Source: Octopus sinensis
Taxonomy: Eukaryota
Assembly (NCBI RefSeq): GCF_006345805.1
Contig: NW_021833007.1
Span: forward strand, 30,001-94,000
Direction: 5' to 3'
DNA: 64,000 nt
In this document: positions 11,746 to 25,756 of the stretch, piece by piece
Layout of the letters: every line of letters starts with the position of its first letter
How positions within the stretch are numbered: the first letter of the stretch is position 1
The notes under the pieces: model-generated
The model's database searches: none
What the model was told of the DNA's origin: nothing
Seen by the model: only the letters and a program-made list of their open reading frames with translations
Position numbers and translations under genes: made by a program

Positions 11746-13048
11746 CAAGATGTGTGTGCGTGTGTGTGTACGTGATTGTAGTTTATGCACATCCACAAAT
11801 TAGCACGCATGTCGCTCAAATTTTAGGAGGACATTCGTCAACATCCTATCTGGTTTTGTCAACTTATTTTTTTCCCGAGGTACCCGCGGATAGCATTAAA
11901 TTCTATTTTCAACCATAGCTTTTAGCCATAAAAATATCAGCCATTGCTTTTTGATGGCGTCTAACAAAATAAAAATACAATAAAGAAAAGTGGAAGAGGG
12001 GCAGAGAGTTTCATGGGAAAGACAAGTGAGAGAGGGAGAGAGAGAGAAAGTAAGTGACGACGTTCATAAAAAATATCAGCCATTGCTTTTTGATGGCGTC
12101 TAACAAAAAAAAAGTGGAAGAAGGTGACAGAGAGTTTCGCGGGAAAGACAAGTGAGAGAGGGAGAGAGAGAGAAAGTAAGTGATGACGTTGATAATCTAT
12201 TTTCAGCCTTAATTTTTGATGGCGTCTAACAAAAGAAATAAGATAAAGAAAAGTGGAAGAGGGGCAGAGAGTTTCATGGGAAAGACAAAGTGAGAGAGGG
12301 AGAGAGAGAAAGTAAGTGACGACGTTCATAAAAAATAAAATGTAAAGTTTTTGTTTTTTGTTTTTGAAAGACACTATATTTTATAATCATAGTATATATA
12401 CTTTCTCACACAACAATTACAATATATTTATTTAAAATCATTTATCTATTTTAAATCGTTCATATTTCTCCCCCTCTCTCTCACACACATTACTTTGGGT
12501 GCGAAAGAGTTTTGTTTTTATTTTATGCCGAGTAAAAATTATTTTGTTGAGAATCCATTTATTTAACAAAAAAGAAACAAAGAGGTGAGTAACAATTTGT
12601 CAGTGAATTACACAATATAAATGAGTACAATTTCCGAGGCTTCCACCCCACCCCACTCTGTTTCACGGACCACACAAAGGGTTTTGTAGCATATTAGGGT
12701 GCCAGAGAAGTTGATTCCATGCAAAAAACCCGATTTTTTTTCTTAGTGAAAATCGTGCGAGTGTTAATCTGCAACTTTAACATTTTTCCATTCGTTTCTG
12801 TTTATGAATGTGTATGCATGCACAAAACATGCAATAGGTGTATGTATGCCCATATATATTTATATTATATTATATATGTATAATATATATAATATATATA
12901 ATATATATATGATATATATAATATAACCAATTTCAACAGATTTTGTCCAAATTTGTCGTCGATATAACTTAGTTTGTTTTGAAATAAAGAACTTGATTAG
13001 CTTAATAATCGTAACTTAATCCCGGGCAAGGCCGGGTTATACTGCTAG
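11740..13048 (+). mobile_element. Non-autonomous Helitron
   Basis: 3' hairpin cccgggcaaggccggg followed by CTAG|T (13045-13048); 5' end buried in a (TA)n tract; internal approximately 140-bp tandem repeats at about 11935-12335. Confidence 0.8.
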
Positions 13049-14761
13049 TTTCAAATCTTATCAGCAGAATTGCTTTCTATACATTCAATTTCTATCTTAT
13101 TCATCTTATCTAGTATGCGAAAAACGGAATCTAAGGAAGCTGGGGATTGTTTTTATCATGAAAAATTATTCAGTAAAGTTCATGTCAATTTTACGTGGCT
13201 GAAGAAGAGGAATCAAAAGGTTTTAGGTTCTTTCATTTGTGAAAGAAACATTTCTTCTGTTTTAAGGAATTTTTTTTTCGTTCTGAGTTGAAGGATGTTC
13301 GGGAGACCCCATAATCGTCTTCTCCCCACGGGATACAAACTTATCCAAATTTACACCCCCAAAAAATCAGACTCATTATCCCACAGCATTTTATATTTAA
13401 TTAATTTAAATTCCTTGCTTTCTTGACAAAAGTTTGTAATTATACTTGAATTTCTAAAAAAATTATTAAGGGTATAATTGTATTCAAATTTAATTATTAT
13501 GCATATTAGTGAACACAATTTGAGCACTTGAAACAAGGGAGGCAACTCCTCATGACTTATTGGTACCTTCCTAAAGCAAGAATTTTATCCTGATAGATTC
13601 ACTGCATTATCGATAAAAATGATATAATACAGACACCCATGTATACACACACACACACACACACATACACACACACGCATGCACACATATATACAGTCAA
13701 TTCAAATAATATATATAACGTTGGTATAATTATATATGTATACTCCTACCGACTCTATTTCTTCATAACTTTCTGAAAAATGTACATTTTAATAAAATTT
13801 TGAACTAATATGTTTCAGTAGGTGTGGATTAGGACTATGTCAGAATTTGATGTGCAAAAAAGTGGAAGGAGGAAGTAATGTGGAGGCAGATAATTCACAC
13901 ACTTTATCAAAACGGAATGAGGAAACAAAGTTGAGATGTGGGAATTATTCACCCCCACCCCAGTTTTTTTTCTGTTTTCATATCAAATTCTGACATAATT
14001 GTAAACATCTGCATTGTCAAAAACATATTTGTAGAAAATTTTATTAAAAAAGAAATCTTTTTCCAGAAAGTTATCAAGAAACAAATTGAAGTAGTGCAAA
14101 TTATCTAAAACTCCTCTCTTTTACCATGAAGAAATTTTTCACAACAAATTCCAATATAACTTAATCTATACCATCAAAATGTTTCCCAGGAAAATTCATT
14201 AAAATAATATACCATTTTTTTCTGAAACAAAGGGTGGTATCTATAGTTACGTCATAACTTTAGTTATTTCCTTATAATCATCAATCAGTTTCAATGAACA
14301 TCTGTCTCTTTTGTGAGTCTTCCGGTGGTTAATGCATTTAAATCTTTAATATGCATATACTCTTCAAATAGATAACGATGATACATGGGTGCCCCATCCC
14401 AAACAATCAAGCGTGCATCGTGAAGCAAACGGTCAGTGACATCAAGAAAAGATATTTTGCATGTTTAATTACAGTTTACCAGTATGGGGAGCTTGAATCG
14501 AGAATGAGCAGTGTGACCTAGCTTGATGGTGCCGCAATAGCTAGTTGGTTGTTTTTGCGCACATAAGACAGTAATATATTAAGAAGAAAAGTTTTGCCAG
14601 TACCCCCGGGTGCATCAATAAATATCAAACCACCTTCATTTCTATCAATTTACTGTTGAATATTTTCAAAAATGATTCTTTGGTCATTCTTTAACATATG
14701 GATGTTAGCATTGAAAAATACTTCTGCATTTGGATCCATCTCATCTTCATGAAGTAGAACA

Positions 14762-15657
14762 TGTAGTAGCTAAAATAGTTGAATGATCTATCTTGCAAGC
14801 AGTGTTATAGAGTAATCTCCTTCAATAAGTTTCTCGGAAGATTCTGCTTCATAAGTAATTCTTAACTACTCAAGAAGCTTCGCGTTTCTCTTGGAAGTTT
14901 CTAGAATGTCTAGCGTTCCATTAATAATGCCCGGATCTTTTCGGTTTGAACGGCAGTTTTTCTAGCGGTGTCATATGAAATTGTCACCCATAATGATGAC
15001 CCTAGTATCATCGATCTATTGCATTTCAATCTGTTTTAGGGTTAGGATTAAGGGTATCTTTTTTTCTTCAGAAATGTAAATAAACCCAGTCTGTTTCTTA
15101 AACGAGGGACATATTCATACGGCACAGAATGTTTTCACATCAATAGACATCATTGATTGGTTGAAATTGCAGAAATTGAAGAAAAAAAACAAATATCTTA
15201 CAAACTATAGAATTTTCTCAATAAAGCCAAGAAAAAAAAGATGTTTTATAAACACATTCTACCAGTATACGAATTTTAAAAGTGTTTAGTTACGTGGAAA
15301 TTATTTTAAAAAACTGCCGTTCAAACCGAAAAGATCCGCTTGCCCTGCTCTTTGCTTCTTAGTCGACTAGACTCTGAGCCATTCACGTCGTTGCTATGCC
15401 TGTCTATTTCTCTATATCACATGACTGAAAACTACCACTTAGCTGTTATTTCTACATTTCTGAACTTCCCTGCATAGATTACTTCATTCAACTAGATTCT
15501 ACATTTTGTTTATATTTCATCAACAACCAATGAATAAAAAATATTTTTATGTAGTAAATATATAGTTCTTAAATTTATTCTCCTTCTTTGTAAGAATTCT
15601 TCTAATATACACGCATCCATTTCAATACTTGATACTGAACATATATTCTACACAACA
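14762..15657. mobile_element. Solo LTR inserted in the Helitron
   Basis: TGT...ACA termini, 4-bp TSD AACA (14758-14761 / 15658-15661), AATAAA near 15533; removal restores the in-frame Helitron peptide DLRMNN-VLLHEDE. Confidence 0.8.
14933..15337. mobile_element. MITE with approximately 29-bp TIRs nested in the solo LTR
   Basis: ggatcttttcggtttgaacggcagttttt / aaaaactgccgttcaaaccgaaaagatcc perfect inverted repeat; GG..CC termini (Merlin-like, uncertain). Confidence 0.85.
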
Positions 15658-16344
15658 AACATTATTCATTCGGAGATCATGAATAGCAGCAGGCAATCCA
15701 AAAAAATATTGTACTACGGTTATGCTGACCCATGCGATGATCCGATTCACACAGCATATCATTCAGGGCAATATCCAAAGCTGCTTCATTAGAAAAATTG
15801 TGTTGTCTCATTTGATGGGAGTAACCTCGGCAAAGATCTTCGCGAAACATGTATAATTCTAGTGGTCTGGATGGAGAGCAAAACTGAAGAATACCGACAA
15901 ACAAATTTCGTAAATCATTCGCTGAACATATTGTTCTTGCCTCATTTAGACAAAGTTCCCATTCTTGATCATTTTCTAATAGATTCATCATTTGACATGC
16001 GTGCTTAAAATTTTCGCAAACAACACTGTTGATTGTGATTAAATTTTCAAAGCTTGTCGCTCCCGCTTTATGTTGAAGTAATAGTCTAAGATAAAATAGC
16101 TCCCCTTGCGATGGATGTACTGAGTACACTCTACCAATAGCTTCTGGAATATCGTCACTTTGTCTAACTCTTCTCCTCCAACTTTTATTATTGTTACACC
16201 AAGTATAATGTTGTGGGAAGTCACAATAGAGAATATCTTTTGCAAGGGGATCTTTTTCATTCACCTTGAAATATGCTGTCAATTTGGTCGATCTATTTTT
16301 TGCTAAAGCTTCTTGTGCATGTTTTGGATTGAACACAATCATCT

Positions 16345-16759
16345 ATTTCTTTACTGCCCACAAGGGGCTAAACACAGAGGGGACAAACAAGGACAGACAA
16401 ACGGATTAAGTTGATTATGTCGACCCCAGTGCGTAACTGGTACTTATCTAATCGACCCGAAAGGATGAAAGGCAAAGTCGACCTCAGCGGAATTTGAACT
16501 CAGAACGTAGCGGCAGACGAAATACCTATTTCTTTATTACCCACAAGGGGCTAAACACAGAGGGGACAAACAAGGACAGACATAGGTATTAAGTCGATTA
16601 CATCGACCCCAGTGCGTAACTGGTACTTAATTTATCGACCCCGAAAGGATGAAAGGCAAAGTCGACCTCGGTGGAATTTGAACTCAGAACGTAACGACAG
16701 ACGAAATACCGCTAAGCATCTCGCCCGGCGTGCTAACGCTGATGCCAGCTCGCCGCCAT
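16345..16759 (-). mobile_element. Young tRNA-derived SINE with tandemly duplicated body
   Basis: Head ggcggcgagctggca; two copies of body and tail; 17-bp TSD attgaacacaatYatct (16328-16344 / 16760-16776). Confidence 0.9.
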
Positions 16760-18019
16760 ATTGAACACAATTATCTGACAAGTGTAACGGCAAGCATTCA
16801 ACAGCAGGCTACCTTTGTTGAATTGGAAACTCATATAATCTCCAATAAGCCTCTGCCGCTCCAATATAGCGGTAATTTTCGTAATTCGAAATTTCATCCA
16901 TTTGATTTTCGTTGCCAACATTAAAACGCACGCCATCTTCTTGTCTGTGTAAAAAAACTGTTGCATAGTCATCACCTTTGAAAATGTACTTGTAAGATAT
17001 TTCACAGCCTTAATAGATACAAACCATTCAAGATTAATATGCACCTCATACTTCTGCAACAACCAAGCATTATAAAGAACTACATAACGGTTATCAACAA
17101 CAATTTCGCTATTTTCAATACGCATTGAAGTTGTGAAGCCACCATCTCGAGGGTTTCAGTGACGACATTGTGGATAAGAATCATTTCCAATTAAAGTTTG
17201 TGATCTGTAATCTCTTGGATATCTTTTAGTGCAAACACCATTCACCATGCAGGGAGAATTTAAATTTCTTTTCTGCAAGGTCCATGTATCAGGTGCTTCT
17301 TCACCAAAGAATAAAGATATGACGTTAATGGGTTTTCAGTATTAGGAAGTTCAGCTGTAACAATTTTATCAATTTATTACCATATGAATAAGAAATGGCA
17401 ATGAGGTGAAATTCCACTGTGTTCACATGAGCAATAAATTTCCCAAGGACTCCTAATATCGTGCAATAGTTGCTGTTGTTTTAATTTAAATATTCTTGTA
17501 GTGATATCTGGTCGTTCAACCGCCGTCTGGCTCACAGAAAGCTCGTTAACTATTTCATGTCATTTCGGGTTGCATATAAAAGTCAAAAATAAAGTAGATT
17601 TGCCAAACTTTCTAACTATGGCCATTGCATCCTGGTAGTGTTTTGCCACATATCATGGACTTCCTGTAAATGAACTTGGCAATATACATTTACAACCTGT
17701 ACGATCAGTATCACTGTAAGCATAGCATCTTGTAAGCCATTAAATAAATCAGCTCTTAAGGTTGCTTGATTGTTACGAACATATCGTAGACGGGTGGATG
17801 GTACTTTGGAAGATTGATCTACACAGTATTGCTGAAACAAATGCTGACCTAATTGCAATATATTTGTAGATCCTGTTCTTTTCATGATGCGATAACAATA
17901 AAATTAAACTATTGAAATTTGACAGTTGCCATTTTCATTCATTTATCCAAGGTGCTGCCCATCTTGGCCAGAAGGAAAAAAAAACACGGGTACATCATTG
18001 TGTTGTATGATCGATGCGA

Positions 18020-18425
18020 GTCACTTAATATTTACTCTTTTACTTATTTCAGTCATGTGTCTGTGGCCATGCTGGAGCACCACCTTTAGTCAAGCAAATC
18101 AACACCAGGACTTATTCTTTGTAAGCCTAGTACTTATTCTAAGTTCTCTTTTGCCGAGCCACAAGTTACGGGGCGTAATCACACCAGCATCGGTTCTCAA
18201 GCGATGTTGGTAGGACAAACACAGACATACAAACATATACACACACATAAGTAAATATACATATATACGACGGGCTTCTTTCAGTTTCCGTCTACTAAAT
18301 CCACTCACAAGGCTTTGATCAGCTCGAGTCTATAGTAGAAGACACTTGTCCAAGGTGCCATGCAGTGGGACTGAACCCGGAACCATGTAGTTGGTAAGCA
18401 AGTTACTTACCACACAGCCACTCCT
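18020..18425 (-). mobile_element. CORE-like tRNA-derived SINE, near full length
   Basis: ggagtggctgtgtggtaag A-box, ggttcagtccc B-box, accttggacaagtgtcttctac core; other copies at about 21745-22120, 57360-57820 and 63000-63175. Confidence 0.8.
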
Positions 18426-19189
18426 ACGCTATTTGTAAAGATTTTTGGTTATTCTCTGCTCTGAATTTTGTTACGACCATTCGTTTCCTCATCAAGATTA
18501 TTTGGTATAAGAATAGCAAGCTCATTAGAAGTTGGTAGATTATATCTCCTGGAGTGTTCCCCATGAGGTTTTTTATCCACATGTAAGCCAACTGACATAT
18601 CAGCAGGAATATTTCCAGCGTCAATTTGCTCTTGCACGTATAGAAAAAATTGTATTTCCAGCAGATATCATAGCAGAATGAATTTTTCGAAATATGTTTA
18701 CATCGAAGGCTTGGTTTACATTGTTAAAATGCATTCTTTCCATTTGTCTTCTTATTTGCTCTTCATGATCATAGAAATACGTTTGTAAGCTAGACAGGAC
18801 TGTTCCTATATGGTTTCTATGAGCTCCAATAAATCTATAAAGATTTCCACGTAATCTGTAATTTGTAATCCCTCTCAGTATTGAAGTGTCATTTACTTTC
18901 ATAGAACAAATTGCCATTGCGCTGTTGAACGTTCGAATATTACATTTGAAATATTTTGCTTCAGAAGTATTAGAAAGGAAGAGATCAGCAAGTTCGTTCG
19001 GTAACTCAGGGATATTTTCGATTTTTATCATTCCTGATTTACAGCATATACCAAAACTGGGATTGTTGATTGTTCCTCCTGTACGCTCTCCAATGAACAT
19101 CAAAGCATTGAAGTGGTGGCAACGTACTTCAATGAAGCCACAACTATGGCGAGCAACGTCAATGGGAGCCTGTAGAAGTTCATCTATAT

Positions 19190-19390
19190 CAATGGTTTTC
19201 AAACTTTTTGCTGAAGCGGAACCTCAAGGAAACATTCCACTGGCTCGAGGAACCCCTGTGCAATAATTTAATAGTTTTATGCACACATATCTGCACAGGA
19301 GAATTAAAAATTACTGCTGATTTTAGCAGTTTTGTAACTTCTTGCGGAACCCCTGGACTGTACTGGCGGAACCCTGGTTGAAAACCACTG
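19190..19390. mobile_element. hAT MITE inside the Helitron
   Basis: caatggttttcaaac / ggttgaaaaccactg TIRs with perfect 8-bp TSD atctatat. Confidence 0.9.
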
Positions 19391-20559
19391 ATCTATATCA
19401 TATTGTCGAGCTATAATAAGAGTCAGCCTATTATTGATTTGCCGATGTCTTCTGTGTTTTGCTGCATTTTGTTCTCAAATCTGCTCACGTTGCTCTTGTG
19501 ACAGTTGATGTCTTGCATTTCTATGCTGAGCAGCATCTTGTTCTAAAATTTGCTTTCTTCGCTCCTGTGACTGCACTAAACGGAGCTGACGCCATCTTTC
19601 TGTATTCCTTTTACGTTGCTCTTCCTTCTGTTCTTGAGTTTGCCTCAATCTTCGTAATTGCTGACTCAAACATTTTGCGGGTCTTCTATAATTGGACCGT
19701 TCCTCTTCCATGGACAAATATTAATTATATATTTATTAATTAAATAGAATAGTATGGAAAAACAACAACATAATATTGAGAAAGGCGATTGTATTATGAT
19801 GACAAAATTGGTTTCTTATTTACACAGCGTGAGGTATAAAAATGACCAAACTTTCTCACAAACATTCTCATACATACTTGCACGCACACACAGACACACA
19901 CACACACTGTTTTTATCTGAGACTCACAAATAGGAATGAAAGGACATCAAAAAGTATAACGAATACGTTGACAGAGCTATTGAAACGGTACCCACATGTA
20001 ACGGTAAATATTAAGAATTACACCAACTCTTGGAAACACCATTTTGAATCGCTGTTTTCATGAAGCGTTAAAGTAAAAACTATTTTAGACGTTTTGTATC
20101 GGCGAGTATGATAGGAAAAAGAATTCAAAGATCACATGGCAGCATGAGGCAGAGAGAGATACGTGGACAGAGCTATTCCTTTATTTCTTTCACTTTCTCT
20201 ATTTATCTTCTGTTTTCCTTAACACCAGCAGCTTGTCTCTCTGTCTGTCTATCTTCCCTCTCTCTCCTCTCTTTCTCAATATCTCTTTCTTTCTTTCACT
20301 CTCTATTTAATTCACCTCTTTTCCTTTAATTACTGAAGGCTTCGGACACACGGAACAAAATGGACGTTACGTAGCTGTCATTATTGTAAGGATTGAACAA
20401 TTTGGTGTATGACTTATCAATGTACACAATGAGTTTATTTGCTGTAGGTGCCGGGAAGACACTCGGCAAGAACTTAAAACAAACTTGAAGGAAGAAAAGA
20501 CGTTTTGCAAACAACTTGCACATCCAAGTGCTACCAGTCGAGAACTCCACATACCGGAA

Positions 20560-21690
20560 GCCGGCAAGTGTATGGGGTTATCAGGAGGGAATGTGTGCCG
20601 TTTCAGGGCCTATCTCTCGACGGCATCAGTGCGTACCGGTCCCACTTACTGACATGAGGCCCCGCTTACTAGATCAACTGGTTATTAAATAAAGCCCAAT
20701 ATTCTTCTAGTCATCGCTCATCGTCTCTTTTTAACCAAATCCAGTGGCTCGCCTATCGGTCATGGTGGTAGCAGACGAAATGCGTAGCCGTATTTCGTCT
20801 GCCGTTATGTTCTGAGTTCAAATTCCGTCGAGATCGACTTTGCCCTTCATCCTTTCGGGGTCGATAAATTAACTACCAGTTTACGCACTGGAGTCGATAT
20901 AATCGACTCAATCCGTTTGTCTGTCATTGTTTGTCCTCTCTGTGTTTAACCCCTTGTGGGTAATAAAGAAATAGGTATTTGCGTTACGATGAGTTAGGCC
21001 TTGCAGTGGATCTTGCATGCATGAAGTGGATTCGATCCACAGCCTAATAATAACAACAATCGTCTCACACTGTGTCCAACAAACCCTATACGTCCGACTT
21101 CGATTGGAAAATGTTCCGCTATCCAGCCTGCGTCTTCACATTCCTCAAGAAGGTTTACATAACGGTCAATCTTTCGAACCTGAGCGGTGTCCATGTTATC
21201 TTCATGAGGAACCGCTAACTCGACTAGATTCATAACTTTCTTTCCTTCACACCACATTGAAATGTCCAGTTTTTACGTAACTAGGATGGGAAAGAGTCCT
21301 TGGCACCCTGGTAAATCTGCAGTCACCTACAAATAGCTGCTTCATTTTTTATCGCAAACAGGAAGTTTGTTGTTCTTCCTGAAACGGATCCGCTGTCCTG
21401 AGCGCAAGAAGGTAATGAAATCTCTAGTTGGTACTTTCGACGGTTTTTTTTTTCACTGATGTTGAGATCAATTTGGTGCTTTATTGCATTGAAGATAAAC
21501 TTAAGGACTAGGTTGTGTCTCCATGAATACTTGTTCAATGTTAATGAACAGTTGTAAAGAATATGTTTCAGTGTTCCGACCTTTCCGCATTTGCATATAT
21601 CATTCTCTGAGACGTTCCATCTTATTAGATTTGCAGGTGATTGCAAAACATCATAGGATAAACGAATCAAAAAACTTAGCCGAGATGTTG
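20560..21690 (-). mobile_element. RLE-type non-LTR retrotransposon 3' fragment (Hero-like)
   Basis: CKCGKVGTLKHILYNC...YSWRHNLVL zinc knuckle, LVELAVPHED...RKIDRY...IEVGRIGF endonuclease and ASHWIWLK end; interrupted by a SINE. Confidence 0.8.
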
Positions 21691-22660
21691 TCTACCTTCA
21701 TATCTCATCCCAACTTGATAAGAAATGACAAGGCACAGGCATACAGGCATGGCTGTGTGATTAAGAAGCTTGTTTTGCAACCATGTGATTTTGGGTTCAG
21801 TCCTACTGCCCATCACCTTGGGCAAGTGTCTTCTATTACCCACTCTGGGCCAATAAATACGAATTTCGTAGATGGAAACTGTATAGAAGCCTATCATATA
21901 TAATCATATATGATAGATAGATAGATATACTGACAGATAGATAGATGTGTTGTTTGTGTTTTTCCTCCACCGTTACCTGACAGCTGGGGTTGGTTTGTTT
22001 ATGTCCCTGTTCAGCAAACAAGACCAATAAGATAAGTACCAGACTTTAAAAATAATTAAAAAAAAGTTCTGGAGTTGATTTGTTTTACTAAACCTTTCAA
22101 GGCAGATGCTCCAGCATGTGATATAGAATATGAATAAACTGTCTGATACTTAACTGAGATATTGCATTGAAGAATGTAAGCATTTACAATGATGACACAC
22201 AGAATGACTACGAACTTCCCTCTACTCACTAGTCTTGATTATAGCAGTTAGATTAAATTCTAGTGGAAACTTACTGAAAGGTGGTAATCTTGTTTCTTTT
22301 AGTTTATTACAGAATCTGTTTCTGAGTTTATGATATACGACCTTTAACTGCTTTGCTAAGTTGAATATTACAAATTATTCCAAGTTAGGGAAAAAGCAAA
22401 GGATATAAAATTGTCTAATATTCTACTCAAACCAGAGACTTGCTTAAACTTGTCTTTTACCTTCCCAATTAAATTAACAATTAGGTAGAACAAACAATGA
22501 CTAATATCTTTGTTTAGATTCCGGAATAATCTTTTGCTTTTAACATCATGTTCTTGTTACTTTAGTCATAGTTGTGTTGACCGAATAAATTTCATGCCTA
22601 TACTTACTGTTAGGTAGTACTTGATAATTCCATTTGGAATCTTAGCTTACCTTATATATA

Positions 22661-24271
22661 CAGTTGCGGCCAAAATGTTCAGAAAGGCATTGTTTTCGTC
22701 AGAAAAGTAGGTATAAGTTTTTATTAAAGTTGTTTTATATTCTATAATTTTCACAGACAATAAATACAATATTATTTGTTATTGTCTGAGATTTTGGTGT
22801 AATTTGAGAGGATAATAAAAAAGTTATGGATGATTTAGTGATTTACGGCAAAACCCACGGCGGCCAAAATGATCAGAACGGTTGCTTTTACTCCATGTTT
22901 TAGTATATTTAACCGTCGAACTCTAATGTTTTGAATTTGATTACGTGACAGTTCGTTTACTAAACATTAGTAAGAATATCTGCAGTGTACTTTGTTAATA
23001 TAATGCCACTTACTCCGTTACCAATTCGTCAGCAGATTATTAAGCGTCGAAAGAAGGATAATTTAAGTATTAGGTCTATTGCAAAGATTGTTAACAAGTC
23101 AAAAAGTGTTGTTCACGGTATTCTTAAGGTCTACGATGATTGTGGTTCGTGTGAAGCAAGAAAGTCTACAGGTAGGCTAAGAAAAATGACCAAAAGAGAA
23201 GTAAAGTTGGTTAAAAAGGACAGATTTAAAACTGCTGCTGCTGTTTTTCGGGAAATGAGCATTGTACTGAAGAAAACTTTATCTCGAAAAACTGTGTCTC
23301 GTCCTTTAGTTGAACATGACCTACAAGCAAGAGCACCTGCAGTGAAGCCACTGATCAGCTCCAAGAATAAAAAGTGTCGTCTTACCTTTGCAACCGAACA
23401 TGTGTTGTGGTCTCAAGAAAAATGGCAAACGGTGCATTTCAGTGATGAATCTAAGTCTATGTTATTTGGCTCAGATGGGAAAAGGTACGTTCGTCGAAAA
23501 GCAGGTGAAAAATTGTCGCCTAAATGCCTTAAGACTAGTGTTAAATTCGGTGGAAGAAGTGTCATGGTTTGGGGGGTGATATCTGGAGATGTTGTGGGCC
23601 CTTTGCTGCGATTACATGGAAAGGTAAATGCAGGAGTTTATAAACAACTTGTAAGATCATGTCTTGCCTGTGCTGAGAAATTCAACTAAGCGACCACCCA
23701 TATTCATGCAGGACAACGCCCCATGTCACATGGCTAAGGTGGTCATGAAGTTCCTCAAGGCTGAAAAGGTTATTGTTATGGATTGGCCTGCTCAGAGCCC
23801 AGACCTCAATCCTATTGAAAATATGTGGAATATTCTAGGAGAACGTTTGAAAGCCAGAAATCCTAAAACAACCGAGCAATTATGGAATGCCCTTCAGGAA
23901 GAATGGAATAAGATCACCCAGCAAGAAATTGAAAATTTAATTTCCCCATGCAGTAAAAAATGTCAAACTTTGATTGAAGCTAAAGGGCTTCACACTAAAT
24001 ATGAAATAATTCCAGCATTCTCTGTCACTTTTTGATAATTTTGTTATTTTTTCAACCGTTCTGATAATTTTGGCCACCATGGGTTTTGCAGTAAATCACT
24101 ATATCATCCATAACTTTTGTATTATCCACTCAAATTACACCAAAATCTCAGACAATACCAATTAATATCGTATTTATTGTCTGTGAAAATTATAGAATAT
24201 AAAACAACTTTAATAAAAACTTATATCTACTTTTCTGACGAAAACAATGCCTTTCTGAACATTTTGGCCGC

Positions 24272-24276
<5 letters not shown>
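22661..24276 (+). mobile_element. Near full-length Tc1-family transposon with IR/DR-type long TIRs
   Basis: Approximately 220-bp TIRs starting cagttgcggccaaaatgttcagaaagg, inner DRs at 22862 and 24056-24075, TA flanks. Confidence 0.95.
23003..24035 (+). pseudogene. Tc1 DD34E transposase, frameshifted near 23660
   Basis: HTH, GRLRK, FSDESK, VMVWG, QDNAPCH-34aa-E (WPAQSPDLNPIE) split over ORFs 22985-23689 and 23664-24035. Confidence 0.92.
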
Positions 24277-24307
<31 letters not shown>

Positions 24308-24313
<6 letters not shown>

Positions 24314-25756
24314 TTGTATCTTATATGGCACCTTGGGCTAGTGTCTTCTACTATAGCCTCGGGCTGACCGAAGTCTTATGAGTGGATTTGGTAGACGGAA
24401 ACTGAAAGAAGCCCATCCTATATCTATTATATAAAATCCGTTCTGTCTGTCTGTCTGTGTGTGTGTCTTCTAGGATCTCGGGCATCCTCCATCCAATTGT
24501 GCTCAAATTTGATGTGTAAATATCAACGGTATCAGGGCATGAATAAGTCTTGAAAAAATTGCAGAAATCGATTCCAGGTGAGAATGCGATCGATAAAGCT
24601 GTTTTTGTCCTACTTTTCTTCCGTCAACCTGTACATAACTGCACCTTCCATTTTTTGTTGTTTTTGTACTGCTTAAAGGCACGGTTTTTTCCTGCCAAAC
24701 TTACTGTATAAACCATGTTTGTGTTCTCTCAGTCAACAGCCAGTCAATCATTACTGGTACTTTAAACTCTTCGGTTGCATATTTGTGTGAATAAAATCGT
24801 TTTTCTTTGGAATAGAAAAAAAGTCTATCTTTATTTCTTCTTTTGCTGGTGTCTCAAGTTTAGGTTAAATCAGTGTTTCTCAAAGGGGAGGCCTATGGGA
24901 CGGTCGGACAAGTTGTTTTGAGAAAATTTGGTTTAAATGTTTGACAACTCACCACCGTACATTGGAGGGGGGGGGGGCGTTTTGCTCGTATATGAGATAT
25001 TTAGAAATTTAATATTTCTTATATATATATATATAATATATATATATATAAAATTTTGTATCTTATATGGCACCTTGGGCTAGTGTCTTCTACTATAGCC
25101 TCGGGCTGACCGAAGTCTTATGAGTGGTAGACGGAAACTGAAAGAAGCCCATCCTATATCTATTATATAAAATCCGTTCTGTCTGTCTGTCTGTCTGTGT
25201 GTGTGTCTTCTAGGATCTCGGGCATCCTCCATCCAATTGTGCTCAAATTTGATGTGTAAATATCAACGGTATCAGGGCATGAATAAGTCTTGAAAAGATT
25301 GCAGAAATCGATTCCAGGTGAGAATGCGATCGATAAAGCTGTTTTTGTCCTGCTTTTCTTCCGTCAACCTGTACATAACTGCACCTTCCATTTTTTGTTG
25401 TTTTTGTACTGCTTAAAGGCACGGTTTTTTCCTGCCAAACTTACTGTATAAACCATGTTTGTGTTCTCTCAGTCAACAGCCAGTCAATCATTACTGGTAG
25501 TTTAAACTCTTCGGTTGCATATTTGTGTGAATAAAATCGTTTTTCTTTGGAATAGAAAAAAGTCTATCTTTATTTCTTCTTTTGCTGGTGTCTCAAGTTT
25601 AGGTTAAATCAGTGTTTCTCAAAGGGGAGGCCTATGGGACGGTCGGACAAGTTGTTTTGAGAAAATTTGGTTTAAATGTTTGACAACTCACCACCGTACA
25701 TTGGAGGGGGGGGGGGCGTTTTGCTCGTATATGAGATATTTAGAAATTTAATATTT

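Larger units (their letters stand above)
14260..19750 (-). mobile_element. Decayed autonomous Helitron (Rep-PIF1 helicase) with nested insertions
   Basis: Ordered RepHel motifs: CCKSG...YFKCNIRTFNS; LFQQYCVD...LRADLF; VDNRYVVLYNAWLLQKYEVHINLE; IGRVYSVHPSQGELFYLRLLL; FIDAPGGTGKTFLLN; many stops and frameshifts. Confidence 0.93.

Noticed and set aside
13050-13625. Possible decayed minus-strand coding sequence
   Set aside because: Manual translation gave no recognisable motif and it could not be tied to the Helitron helicase
15035-15055. Telomere-like ttagggttagg
   Set aside because: Only 2-3 degenerate units inside a MITE
20594-20640. ctgatgccg...gaaac hairpin as a hammerhead
   Set aside because: Core does not match CUGANGA; lies in the 3' UTR of the Hero-like element
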